Shown here: one piece after another, positions 28,696 through 37,659 of the stretch | How positions within the stretch are numbered: the first letter of the stretch is position 1 | Layout: each line of letters opens with the position of its first letter | Assembly (NCBI GenBank): GCA_977016875.1 | Contig: CDRNST010000104.1 | Span: 4,340,001-4,404,000, forward strand | DNA from: Pavona decussata | Lineage: Eukaryota | Length of the DNA stretch: 64,000 nt | Reading direction: 5' to 3' | The notes under the pieces: generated by a model | Seen by the model: the letters and a program-made list of their open reading frames with translations, nothing else | Databases searched by the model: none | What the model was told of the DNA's origin: nothing | Program-made: the position numbers and the translations under genes

Positions 28696-31058
28696 GTTTA
28701 TTGATATCCCTCTCGCAGCCTAAAAGGCTAGTCAATAGTGCCCTTAATAGAGTGGACCCTCGATTTTACGATATCGCAAGGGGACAACAAAATTGGGATA
28801 TTGTTATAAGAGAACTCCGGATTTATAAATAAATTTTGCCAGGACACAGAATGTTGCTCGTTAAATCAGGCATGTCGTTAGATCGACGATCGTAAAATCG
28901 GGGTTCCACTAGCAGGAATTGCTTTCAGTCAAACGTCTTTAATTTATTTTGCCAGGGATTTAGCTGCTGTCTATATTATTGAGGTGTCCATACCATCAGG
29001 GTGTCCACAATAGCAAGGTGTCCGCAAGGCGAGATTGAGTTGACTGCATTGTTGTTATTATTAACTGAACAATGGTCAGGGGCTCCTTCAAGTAATGAGT
29101 GACAATTCACAGTTACCTTTTGCTCCACCTTCCCCTTTGGTGATTTCCTCTACAGCCACCTCAGCCTGAAGTGATTTAACCTGTCAATCGACACAAAAAA
29201 CAAATGACTGATTTTGGCTAAACAATCAAATTATTGATTACTTTTGGTTGTACAATGAACATTGATTGGGCAGAAAAGTGGTTGCTAAACAAGGTTAATT
29301 TTTATCCCGCACAGCAACTCTATAATTTTTTGTTATTATGAATCCTGGTTACAGTTCTTCTATTTTCTTAGTTACAAAAACCTTCTCTTTAAACGAGCCA
29401 TGCACAAAAATGCTAACATAATAATTATTAGAATTAATTAATTTCCTGATAATCGCCTTGATGTGCTTTGAGGTTCATATTCTTTGGGCAGTAATCCAGT
29501 AATATCAAACGAAGCTAATCAAACAAAACTGAATGTTCAGTCTTGAAAATGGACCAAGTCATGTCAGTCATAGTAGATTTGACTGAGTTCTACAATCTGA
29601 CTCAATAACTGACCAATCAAAAGCAATAAATACATATACTTTACACTGTATAAACTATTCTTACTGACAAAACAAATAAATTATTTGGCTTTACCAACTG
29701 CGTTGAAAGCTAGGTACCGGTAACTTGGCCACTGTAAAGAGATTATTGAGCTGCCGTTTTAAACACTAGCCCTTTCTCAGAGTGAAGAACCATTGACATA
29801 GGGCTAGCACTCAAAGCATCAGGCTCAAGAATCATTGACGCAGCTCCACAGAAACTAGTCCCCTTATCTATTCTGATAACAATTGGCTTTTACAAGAAAA
29901 ATATACCAAGAACACTCAACACAACTGATGTAAATAAATTGACAATCAGCACTTATGCCCGTTTTCGACCAAGCCTTTCAAATTGTTTGCTTACAGATTT
30001 AATTATACAGCTAAAATAATTATCGTTTTGATCAATAATGATTTCTTGAAACATATTAATATGCTAATTTGTAGAGACTGTCGAGTATAGAAATCAAATC
30101 TTTGCATTAAGTTTTCCACTTCCCCTTGAGAATGGTGTCATGATGACGCCAAAACATCTGCTATTAACTTTAATTTTCGCTTGCTTATGTTTCAATAATT
30201 TGTAGTATAATATAAACAGGACCTGAAAAAAATTTTCACTTCTACATGTTATTGTATGTAATAATTAGAAGCAAAAATTATTTCAGGTCCTGTTATTATA
30301 TGTAAATAGTTGAAGGGGGTTGTACACTCAACTCTTTCAGTGGACAGCATTAAAAATAACTAACCAGTAATTTATCATGATCGATTAACTAAATGCTTTA
30401 AAGCTGACCTAAGATGCAGGACTGAGGTTTAGATGTAAAAGTCTTACGTGTACAGATAGCTAGCTGACCGTATTTCATGGTCACTGTAATACTAATACTG
30501 TTCACTCTCTAACTCTCTTACTCTAGAGCTCTAACTGGAGAACTGTGCTACCTCAGACTGAACTAGAGCTTTTAAGTACAATAGGGATCCAAAATGAAAA
30601 CTCTGTTAAGATTAAACTACAGTCAGATCGGAGAAAGAAACCGGACATGCGAAGCTATCTCAAACATTGAACTTGAAAATGACTGTCGAACGTTCGAAAC
30701 GTCGTTTCCCCTTAGCGATTATTTTTATAGTTAAATCTTTCTCCAAGAACTTATTGAGACTACTGATTCGCCTCACCTTCATAACAGCCTTGGTAACTTC
30801 AAACAATTTTATCATCTTGTTCACATCAACAGCTTCTGCCGAATCTGGACTAACCAAACCCTTGAGAAATGATAACATACATCAACCAAATGGCTTCTGT
30901 ATCCAAAAACCGAAAAGCAAGTAAGACGGAAATCCAAACGCATGTTGTAGTTTACGTACCATCTCCAAGAGACCATACATATCGTCGGCTGCATCAGGAT
31001 CTTTTCGAAGCACTTCAATATCTGCACCCATTATCCTTCCCCAGTCTAACGGCGCCAT
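149..31058 (-). CDS. CEP290: Centrosomal protein 290 (ciliary transition-zone protein), 5' part: 29 coding exons, 805 aa, continues beyond left edge
   Basis: Manually spliced exons keep one frame across all junctions (GT-AG, one GC-AG). The peptide follows recalled human CEP290 collinearly, e.g. RRGEDSEFKDKMSKKNKELTEYLDEI, DDQIMLAVNAKVDEWK, GEYGLSEAVQEIKDCKAQIRIRD, LEEERLQLK, QLSGRNEELRHEL. Confidence 0.96.
840..946 (-). CDS. CEP290: CEP290 exon 28 (EGAIRLQPMPLPQGMTPSSTEIIASLNEHLIQVLQ)
   Basis: Matches human LPDGIAPSSASIINSQNEYLIHLLQ; TAG/GTTAGA. Confidence 0.95.
1081..1123 (-). CDS. CEP290: CEP290 exon 27 (IEDLEKQVQVLKEI-G)
   Basis: AAG acceptor, GTAAGA donor, phase 0/1, needed to join exon 28. 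Confidence 0.85.
1221..1325 (-). CDS. CEP290: CEP290 exon 26 (IEQLSGRNEELRHELHNAREETAKAIMQVERKNTK)
   Basis: Strong peptide match; TAG/GTACAG. Confidence 0.95.
1732..1791 (-). CDS. CEP290: CEP290 exon 25 (MIESRNAVGQYDTTLQLKAQ)
   Basis: Matches human IESKNAEGIFDASLHLKAQ; TAG/GTATGA. Confidence 0.94.
1889..1941 (-). CDS. CEP290: CEP290 exon 24 (DAGGNKLVQVPALEKLMA)
   Basis: TAG/GTGAGT, phase 1/0. Confidence 0.9.
2526..2604 (-). CDS. CEP290: CEP290 exon 23 (ELKDENKQLEVGMREILAQLKEHAQE)
   Basis: Matches human ENKQLEEGMKEIL; TAG/GTTTGT, phase 0/1. Confidence 0.92.
3199..3288 (-). CDS. CEP290: CEP290 exon 22 (NKRLEGEVEKNEQQIEKYKSDLKTIESENK)
   Basis: TAG/GTAAAT, phase 0. Confidence 0.87.
3739..3914. 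repeat. ~175-bp near-perfect palindrome (fold-back interspersed repeat)
   Basis: aacaaatcgaatgtggttt...cacagtggtcaaaa pairs with ttttggaccactgtg...aaaccacattcgatttgtt. Confidence 0.85.
4170..4990. repeat. Degenerate ~41-bp minisatellite
   Basis: Unit ~AGAAACTATTGAAACCATTGACAGAATTTGAAAACACCATT repeated with decay. Confidence 0.8.
5239..5359 (-). CDS. CEP290: CEP290 exon 21 (AVELGITAEDLIMAEEEE...DVTKAL)
   Basis: CAG/GTACGT, phase 2/0; GITAEDL resembles human GLTTEDL. Confidence 0.88.
5698..5771 (-). CDS. CEP290: CEP290 exon 20 (VERLEEERLQLKRQLRKQALHRGA-R)
   Basis: TAG/GTAAGA, phase 0/2. Confidence 0.94.
6488..6680 (-). CDS. CEP290: CEP290 exon 19 (NIEDLTSHVN...ALNRALTKE)
   Basis: Part of ORF 6479-6712; CAG/GTGAAG, phase 2/0. 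Confidence 0.95.
7094..7164 (-). CDS. CEP290: CEP290 exon 18 (GEYGLSEAVQEIKDCKAQIRIRD-Q)
   Basis: Strong peptide match; CAG/GTAAGA, phase 0/2. Confidence 0.96.
7359..7660. other. Assembly gap (N run) in CEP290 intron 17
   Basis: 302 N. The flanking exons join in frame. Confidence 1.
7818..7889 (-). CDS. CEP290: CEP290 exon 17 (AEKAAADKDKQLNDLLARMMQYER)
   Basis: CAG/GTAAGA; matches AEADAREKDKEL. Confidence 0.93.
8273..8373 (-). CDS. CEP290: CEP290 exon 16 (GVPSAYQQKRIKELNSTLQREQLEVLQFKDRMIM), probable GC donor
   Basis: TAG acceptor, phase 1. The 3' end is placed at ATG|GCAAGG because this preserves frame and the expected length. Confidence 0.75.
8680..8918. mobile_element. MITE family A copy (GGCCCRGTTGTTCGAAAG-like TIR)
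   Basis: TIRs present; homologous copies at 20996-21241, 54266-54511 and 60936-61600. Confidence 0.75.
9548..9611 (-). CDS. CEP290: CEP290 exon 15 (ATTDMHGVASYADEVKALTEK-G)
   Basis: CAG/GTGAGT, phase 0/1. Confidence 0.85.
9790..10400 (-). mobile_element. tRNA-derived SINE-like repeat with rearranged flanks
   Basis: Degenerate A/B boxes at ~9915-9995; the motif ggatcagagaattaactc recurs, once inverted. Confidence 0.6.
10458..10511 (-). CDS. CEP290: CEP290 exon 14 (AVVEKDETIEKLKKDLEK)
   Basis: TAG/GTAGTG, phase 0. Confidence 0.87.
10846..11187. mobile_element. MITE with TTAA TSD (Kolobok-like)
   Basis: TTAA|GGATGGTGCCT ... AGGCACCATCC|TTAA. Confidence 0.85.
11800..12280 (-). mobile_element. 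3' end of a CR1/L2-group LINE
   Basis: ORF end RSFHTSAPVLWHSLPAHIRTIDSLALFKKSLKTYLFKLAF*, then an AT-rich UTR and (TAAA)n tail. Confidence 0.8.
12375..15565 (+). mobile_element. Degenerate, 5'-truncated Ty3/Gypsy LTR retrotransposon (RT-RNaseH-integrase, PPT, 3' LTR ~15404-15565)
   Basis: Motifs DFRKLN, SGYWQI, CLVYLDDIII, TDAS..GIGAVLSQ, IHIDIVGPL, STAYHLEGNAQVE, WEGPYEI occur in Gypsy order with many stops and frameshifts. PPT agaaggagaatag is followed by TGTAAT...ATTATA. Confidence 0.93.
16294..16416 (-). CDS. CEP290: CEP290 exon 13 (AILAAKEIELEQYKSLVEELKQQVTGLQMDSDKTSLAKLQQ)
   Basis: CAG/GTAATA; matches human QLDADKSNVMALQQ. Confidence 0.94.
17345..17434 (-). CDS. CEP290: CEP290 exon 12 (VQDLRMQFATKTDTDDQIMLAVNAKVDEWK)
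   Basis: Strong peptide match; TAG/GTTTGT. Confidence 0.95.
18365..18433 (-). CDS. CEP290: CEP290 exon 11 (TILQQSDLIIDDMRKERDALRAQ)
   Basis: TAG/GTAAGT, phase 0. Confidence 0.92.
19228..19341 (-). CDS. CEP290: CEP290 exon 10 (ILQEANDELEDRVKSAQRELEESTAEMNKMTDEYTKLK)
   Basis: Matches human LEESVQEMEKMTDEY; TAG/GTACAT. Confidence 0.95.
19720..19900 (+). mobile_element. tRNA-derived SINE (family B)
   Basis: Homologous to the 37660-37990 and 45900-46070 copies. Confidence 0.7.
20336..20434 (-). CDS. CEP290: CEP290 exon 9 (RESMVMRRGEDSEFKDKMSKKNKELTEYLDEIR)
   Basis: Strong peptide match; CAG/GTAAAC. Confidence 0.95.
20996..21241. mobile_element. MITE family A copy
   Basis: Same internal sequence as the 8680 copy, opposite orientation. 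Confidence 0.75.
21750..21803 (-). CDS. CEP290: CEP290 exon 8 (VERSKMDMRDLQRQIEQQ)
   Basis: TAG acceptor, GTATCA donor. Confidence 0.87.
21902..21955 (-). CDS. CEP290: CEP290 exon 7 (LVSKLDVAERENKSLKRD)
   Basis: TAG acceptor, GTGAGT donor; matches human LALRNEEAENENSKLRRE. Confidence 0.9.
22370..22652. mobile_element. Interspersed repeat with terminal hairpin; inverted copy at ~63125-63410
   Basis: Shared gttggatatgagatg..tagccaac hairpin and cttagcggccatgg segment. Confidence 0.7.
23228..23293 (-). CDS. CEP290: CEP290 exon 6 (ALERELNEKEEAFFREKNKNDQ)
   Basis: CAG acceptor, GTAAGT donor. Confidence 0.87.
23622..23687 (-). CDS. CEP290: CEP290 exon 5 (KYDGTGGEDFMREIRQIESRKN)
   Basis: TAG acceptor, GTGAGC donor. 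Confidence 0.85.
23938..25180. repeat. (GACT)n satellite with higher-order CTAATCAACTGAGG spacer
   Basis: Directly visible, ~1.25 kb, in CEP290 intron 4. Confidence 0.95.
25286..25341 (-). CDS. CEP290: CEP290 exon 4 (EQELMDEIAHLEGELQQYR)
   Basis: CAG acceptor, GTAAGT donor, phase 1/0 fits exon 3. Confidence 0.85.
27927..28085. mobile_element. Short MITE (GGCCCCRGTTGTTCAAA TIR)
   Basis: TIRs and internal ttatccactggata repeats. Confidence 0.75.
28345..28635 (-). mobile_element. Penelope-like fragment (GIY-YIG C-terminus) with inverted pLTR piece, flanked by (AAT)n
   Basis: Minus strand RFNVIKKCMNKFDCLVNEMLYIQELKPTLNVQSDSLRAKVFK*; plus-strand CCGAAACGTCGG remnant. Confidence 0.8.
29117..29180 (-). 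CDS. CEP290: CEP290 exon 3 (VKSLQAEVAVEEITKGEGGAK)
   Basis: CAG acceptor, GTAACT donor, phase 0/1. Confidence 0.88.
30777..30860 (-). CDS. CEP290: CEP290 exon 2 (GLVSPDSAEAVDVNKMIKLFEVTKAVMK)
   Basis: Acceptor tttctcAAG, donor GTGAGG, phase 0/0. Confidence 0.88.
30960..31058 (-). CDS. CEP290: CEP290 coding exon 1 (MAPLDWGRIMGADIEVLRKDPDAADDMYGLLEM)
   Basis: AAAATGGCG start context, 99 nt, donor GTACGT; resembles human MPPNINWKEIMKVD. Confidence 0.9.
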
Positions 31059-31255
31059 TTTGAAACGGGATCAAAATCTTTTATCGAGTTGCACAATCTT
31101 CACCAAGATTGCAGAGATATAAAATTGATCACTAAAGTATTTTGTTGTGATGTCTTCCCGCGTCCGCCATTTTTGAAATCTACAAAAATTCCTGATGTAT
31201 GAGATATTACAATGGCTACTATTGGTCAGTCTAGAAGTAATCAGCCAATCACAAT
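31051..31255 (-). promoter_or_regulatory. CEP290 proximal promoter / 5'UTR
   Basis: Two YY1-like AAAATGGCG motifs (ATGs at 31058 and 31170) and two opposed CCAAT boxes (~31221, ~31245). Confidence 0.5.
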
Positions 31256-31506
31256 GGATTTAAGATCAAACGCAGTTTTGCGTAGGTTCATGGGTAATTT
31301 TTCTGAGGGAAAAGTGCGATATATTCCCATGGAGATTTGTATTTAATAGTATTTAAAGAGATTTTCTCAAGCATATGTGAGAAAACTGTCTTCTCCTCAG
31401 AGTTTACTGAGGACTATGCTTGGTCGATTACATCGTTTATCTTCTTCTTGGTCATATTTCTCAGACGAGTGTGACCGATCGAGGACAGTTTACTCAGCGT
31501 TTGAAG

Positions 31507-31912
31507 CCCGGGGGGGGGGGGGGGGTACTTGGTTTAAGTTTTGCTGGGTATGTGCCGCTGGCCTCTCAGAGCCCCTGCCCCATTATAGTCTATTTTGTGG
31601 CCAGTTATAGACCCCATCTTAGTCACTTTTTGGGAAAATGTAATTTTCGCGATCCCAACTAAGTCACTTTCTATTTATGCATCTACTTTCAAGAACGGAA
31701 TGCAATGCGAGGTGATTGTTACATTTAATAAACAACAACTTTCTGAACTTTTTAACCGAGACCATTTTGAATCCCCAAAAATCCGAAAATGTGCAACCCC
31801 ATTCTAGTAACTATTGAAAATGCGACCCCAACCCAGTCGTGAAAATGCGACCCCATCCAGCGGCACATCCTCATTAGCCTCTTATAAGGAAGTAAACCCC
31901 CCCCCCCCCGGG
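31507..31912. mobile_element. MITE with CCCGGG(G)n termini
   Basis: cccggg(g)n-tact ... agta-(c)n-cccggg, with an imperfect 8-9 bp TSD gtttgaag/gttggaag. Confidence 0.8.
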
Positions 31913-32378
31913 GGTTGGAAGTACCCAAAACACCTCGTCAACTCCGCTGCCATCAAAAATTTCGTCCACTCAAAGTTCTGTGACCAGCAGCAGCCTTTAT
32001 CACCAGCTAAAGAGGCAGGTGACACGGTTCGTGTAGTCTTGCCATTTATTTAAAGACCGAATGTCAGCAGAGTACTTACTGTGAGGAATCAACTAAAGGA
32101 ACTGAGCCTAACAGTGCACACCACCATCCAGCCCGTGTTTGTGAGCCGAAAAATTGAACCGAGAGCTAAAAGTAAAGGAAACAAAGCCACTAATTGTAAA
32201 TCAACAGTGTGTAGTTTATAGTTTTCAATGTGACCTGTGTGATGCGGGTTATGTACGGTACACACGCGGACGTTTACATAATCGTGTAGAAGGACATAAA
32301 CGGCAACGGCAACGAAAACGTTACCTGAAAAAATATCTTTATTTCACTATTTGTCTGTGCTACTTCGCGATTATTTCA

Positions 32379-33056
32379 CAGGGACACCCAACGACCAAAA
32401 CTTCCTAAATGCGTCAGAAGTGCTGTATTTGCTTTAGAAGCCTGTTTGGTTAATTTGGAGCTGCCCTAAAAGATTTTATCTGTTCGGATATCTTAGGAGA
32501 ACTTTGGTCGCGTCGAAAGTTTGAGGGGGCTTTTTTGTCTCATCCGAAAACTGAAAGTTTTAGCTTTCCTGATGGGTCTTGCCGAAAGTTCGAGGACACG
32601 TAGTAGCAATGGTTTCATTAGAAAATTTTAGGGGGCGTTTTTCGCTATACCTGTGACAACGAAAATTAAGCGAAAATCTTAGTGAATATAAACTGCTCAT
32701 CCGAATGTTATAGGCGTATAACCTATTCATCCAAAAACGTTAGGGGATAAAATTATACGCTCTGTCAGACCTAAATAATGTAAATTCCTGATAATGCCTC
32801 ATTTTCTCACTGAAAATTTTAGCAGCTTTTAGAATAGTTACGACGGACGAAAGTTTTAGAGAACAAAAACATCATCCGAAAATTATGTGAGTTGTCAAAC
32901 GTATGCACATGATGTCCGAAAATTCTAGGGAAACTTTATGGTTTTCCAAAAAACCTCGAAAAATCTAGGGGATCGCTAGGCGAAAACTTTCAAAATTTTT
33001 AGGGAACCTTCCATCTGAACAGATATTTTACCGAAATATTCCTTTGGGTGCCCTTG
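32379..33056. mobile_element. Non-autonomous DNA transposon, 6-bp TSD ATTTCA
   Basis: atttca|cagggacacccaa ... ttgggtgcccttg|atttca. Confidence 0.75.
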
Positions 33057-33194
33057 ATTTCAACTCGCTCAACTTTTACAAAAATGGCGAACTTTCCAGG
33101 AACCAAATTGGTAGGAGTGGCGTACAAGTTTAAGAAAGCCGGAAAATGAAAAATTTACCGTCGTGCGTTCACGTTCTCCACAAAACCCGCCTTA

Positions 33195-33433
33195 AGGCTG
33201 GTTTCCATATGATCGCGGATCGCAGATCGCAGATCGCAATAAGGTCTGCGATCGTCTGCGATCATATGGAAACTACTTCTGCGATCGTCTGCGATCCTGC
33301 GATCACGATCGCAGACGATCGCAGAAGATAGAACCATGTTCTATCTATAGGCTGGTTTCCATATGATCGCAGACGATCGCAGAACTTATTGCGATCTGCG
33401 ATCTGCGATCCGCGATCATATGGAAACCAGCCT
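33195..33433. mobile_element. PIF/Harbinger-like MITE with GATCGCA subrepeats
   Basis: TTA|AGGCTGGTTTCCATATGATCGC ... GCGATCATATGGAAACCAGCCT|TTA. Confidence 0.85.
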
Positions 33434-34611
33434 TTAAATGTGGTCATTTCACGTTGTTGTTTTGCAGAGGACGGCAAAGAAATGTACCAAAATGTAAAAC
33501 GCACGTGCAGAGCGATTCCTTTTGCTCATTTTAATTAAACCTATTGTTTTGTGGCTTTGTCGTTGCCGTCACCGTCGTCGAAACGTGCACGGGACGGTCC
33601 CTCAGGACCTGCCGTGCCGTTTCGAGGTACTCAAGAAATGTAGAAACAAATTTGACTGTTTAGTGCACGAAATGCTTTTTAAAAGAAACTTAAAGCCAAA
33701 TCTTAACGTGCAATCAGACTCTATTCGTGCGAAAGTACTTTTGTTTAATTTTCGCACCCTGTTATGTTAATTTTCGCGCCAAGATCGCTTTAAATATAAT
33801 TTGCATGATCTGTTACTGATAGTTCCCTGGAGTCATGATCACCCCGAAAAGTCGCTTTTATCGTTCGTTTTTGTTGTTATATGCTTGAGATTTGTATAAC
33901 CGAGATTATTTCCGTCGATAGACGGCGATTATATCGCGTATTTTCCGAATAACACCGAAATATTACTTGAAACTGAACTGAGGCAAACAATAAACTTGTC
34001 AAAGTTTCGCTCTGTCTATATTTGAACTCATCTCGTCACAAATTTAGCAAATATTTGATGAGGGATTACATGTAACAGAGCAAATTACATTTTTCTGCTT
34101 GCTATTCAAGGACTGAAACCAATTAAAAATGTAATTAAAAGTCTAGTGTTCAGTAGGACAATCATCTGATCAGGCAGATAATAAGGCTGCAAGTGTTACT
34201 GGATTAGTTCCACAAAGGGCGAAGTTATTGAATAAAAATAGTTCTCGACTTGCTTTCAAACTGGTGTTAATGGTCAATTTGCTCGATGTAAAAGGCCTAT
34301 ATAACCAACAATTAATTCTAGTGTAGTTCGTTATCCACGGTGGAGGTGTTTCAACTAGAAGTCATTCAGCGTCAGCCGATGGGTCGTAAAGAGAGGTCAG
34401 GTGTTAAGCTGCGCAGCTTCGTTATCTGTTGGAAGAGGTGAGAGTCCTCAAGCTGTTGAAAGACCACGCTGTCTTTAAATCGCGGCCACCGTGTTCAGTT
34501 GTTCTTTCAAAACAGGATACGTTTCCGTTTGCCTTTGTGACAAGCATTGAATCCAGGGCAAGTGATCTAATAAAGTGCGCTAGATTTTCTAATAAGGGAG
34601 TGTTGGTGCTG

Positions 34612-34688
34612 TAGCCTCAGCCCATGCAGTCGTTTTTAAGGGACTCGTATTTTACGAGTCCCCTGAAAAACGACTGCGTGGCAGGCTA
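34612..34688. repeat. 77-bp hairpin mini-element
   Basis: tagcct..gcagtcgttttt..gggactcgta ttt tacgagtccc..aaaaacgactgc..aggcta. Confidence 0.75.
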
Positions 34689-34892
34689 TTGGTGCTGCGG
34701 AAGGACAAGATTTTGGCGGTTTTGTGTTCGACGTAGAATTTATTCAAATTTTTGTTGTTAAACTGAACAAGCACTGCGAAGTTTGAGGGTGCAGGACTTA
34801 GTCAACATTGTACTATCATAATTGGCTCTCTCAGACGAAAGTCAAACAGACATTTCTTTGGCGTATCTTCCTTAAGCTCCCAAGATGCATTA

Positions 34893-35256
34893 CAGTCAAT
34901 CCCTGTCACGCGTGACCGGTATTTTTGAAAATTGAAAGGAGTTTGAAATTTATAGGTCAGTTTGGAGCATCGCCGACCAGATTTCAGAGTTCCCGTAGAA
35001 ATTTCCCTAGTTTTTTTGACGGTATAAAGCTATTAATTTTTCCAGTAACATTACAGCATTAAGTATTTAAAGAATAACAATTGTTTCTCAAGTATTTTGA
35101 ATCTTTCTTTCTTTATTTTTTTTTCAGTTAATGCGTCTTTTTCGGAAAGATTTTCAGAGAAATGTTCAACATTCCATTCAAATGCCGCGGGACATTACAA
35201 AGAGGAATTCGAATATTCATTTTGTTCTCGGAAATACTAATCACGCGTGACGTTTG
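34893..35256. mobile_element. TA-flanked MITE (CAGTCAA TIR, Tc1/mariner-like)
   Basis: An inverted homologous copy lies at 59348-59700. Confidence 0.8.
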
Positions 35257-37659
35257 TAAAGGTATCCAAAATTACATTCATCCTAGATTTGTTGCCGTTC
35301 AAGGAGTTACACTTCTGGGATGCTAATTAATCCATTCTGACGCCCCAACAGTCACCAGCGTCTAACTTCTTCAAGCAATATCGCTACTTAATTAAGAGTG
35401 TAAATCAGGAGAACGAAGGAAGTAATCACAAAAAAAAAAGAAATGCGCTGATGGTCAAGCAGATTCTCCCAACTGATACCATAAGAAATGTATGGGGAAA
35501 CCGATGATTGTATGCATTTTGATACAGTGCTGGGCTGAGATTTAAAAAATATTAATAATTGCTTCACTGATCTCTTTTTAACTAGTTAACTACAACGTAA
35601 AAAAAAAAAACAAGTAAACCTGAAAATTCGACTCGAGAAACACATCGCACATTAATTTTCTGATAGGTTCAGCATCAGTAAGCGCGCGTGCGGTAAACGT
35701 TAAATTTGCGTTTATGACGCGAATTTCTTAGTTTGCTTTGTGTTGCAACCAAGTTCAGATGCGTCGCGCTGATACTATGGAGAAAGTCATTCGTAACAAC
35801 ACGAAAACGAGTGTCTCATTCGTAGTTTTAATCCTACGCTTAATAGGAACTCACATGCTTCAGGGAACAGCAACAAGTCGAAACGAGAAGGGTAAGACTT
35901 TTGAAATATTTAGTGCGAATCACGAGTTTTCGCCATTCGCATGGTGTTAGCTAGCAGGGTCCTGTCAGAGTTCGGGTAAAAGTCATTCTCTAATCCACTC
36001 TGGAAGTTATTTTTAAATTCAGACCAGTAAAAGAATGTCTACTTCTGATTCTTAATATCTGCAACTAATTTGTCGTTTTTAAAATCCGTTTAAGGTTTAT
36101 GATTCATTCAGCTGAAAACTTCCTCGTTTGTTTAGGTCCTGTTGCCATGGTTTCTTTTTCTGTGACACCATTATTCTGTCGCGCGCTATTACTCGGCGGT
36201 TATTTGAAACGTCACTTGGCGTTCTGAGGTGGCTTCCCAGAGCTTTTTACGACGCGCGCGCCCGCTGGCTATATGCGGCCAAAGTAAGTAGTCTGCGCGC
36301 GCAAGATGACGCAAGCTCGTGGCAAAAAGTAAAGCACAGCACGAATTACAGCCCTGGGGAAGCGTTGGTAAAGCATTTCGACATAATACATTCACTCGTA
36401 AATATTCCTGTTCGAACTCAGTTCAAAAACAATAAATTAAATTTGTAAAGTTCATCCAAGGAATTTATATAAAATTTTGAACAAACAAATCCTTTTTTCT
36501 AAGTTCTGACGCATGCTCAAATAGCTACATGTATCTTGACTTATTTCTATTCCGACGTGCACGTTTCTTAATCAGGGTTAGATTATGAAAAAAAATTTGT
36601 AATACCAATTTTCTCAGGACCGCGAGTTAGTGTCCTTAATAGCGAGAGCCCGTAATAGCGGGAGTTGGTTTCAGTCAAACGTCCGTAATTTACTTTGCCG
36701 GGGATTTAGCTGCTAACCGTACTATCGGGGTGTCCGTAATAGCAAGGCGAGAGTTAAATGTATATCAATCAGAGGGTTAGAATTGTTCTTCATTGTTACA
36801 TTTTAGTGGCTTTGAGTGAATTGGCAGAAAGAAAAAAAGGAGAAAATTATCTAATAATGCGTAACAACGCTAGCTCGCGGCCAGTGAAAGCGGGCCATTG
36901 TACGGCACCGCGAGCCAAACAGAAATCGAATAAGCGTACCCAACGAGGAAAAACAAGATAAAGATACGCGTGTTTAAATACTAGTTCACTCGACTACTGC
37001 TTTTACAACTACGGTATAAGTTAATGGTCAGTGTTCTTGTTTCATCACTAAGACAGCAATTATACCTTACAAACAACAAACACACCCGATTCAATTTTAC
37101 TAATTCGGGATTATTTATCCATAGCAAAGAACATCTCTCCAAGTGATTTGACTAAACAAATTACGGGATAAAGGGACAGGACAAGTCCAAGTAAACGTAA
37201 GTGCAAGTATATTTTTACGTAATTATACTTATCATACTCATACATTACTTTGTGGTTATTCTGCGCCTGTACTAGAATTAGCGCCCAACATGTACAGACA
37301 ATATTTGAAACATCTTAAAAATAGTAATATATTCACATTCATTCAAGACTGTCTATGACTTATGCTAATTGAGATATGGGAGGAAAAATTTTCCATAAGA
37401 TATAGAGTGGGAGTATAAATGTAGGGATGGTAGACGTCGCTGAAGCCGGAAGGAGGGTGGGAAAAATCAATCGGTCACACCAAAGAGACAGCGTAGAAAT
37501 GAGAGTGGACGAGTTTACAACGAGAGAACGCTTAAATAGTCTAAGATACACGGCGTCGAGTATGCAATGCGAATTTAGCCAAGTAGACAGGAATGCTTAA
37601 AATATTTTCGCGCCTGATGAATGAATGAGAATAGTAGAAATATCGATAAATGTATTTTT

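Larger units (their letters stand above)
31400..33900 (+). mobile_element. Penelope-like element (RT C-terminus plus GIY-YIG) split by nested MITEs
   Basis: LLRTML..HRLSSSWSYFSDECDR / KYPKHLVNS / NQQCVVYSFQCDLCDAGYVRYTRGRLHNRVEGHK / FEVLKKCRNKFDCLVHEML..KPNLNVQSDSIRAKV. Confidence 0.88.

Noticed and set aside
31200-35000. TMTC3 as the divergent partner of CEP290
   Set aside because: No TMTC3-like exons seen; the region is transposon-derived.
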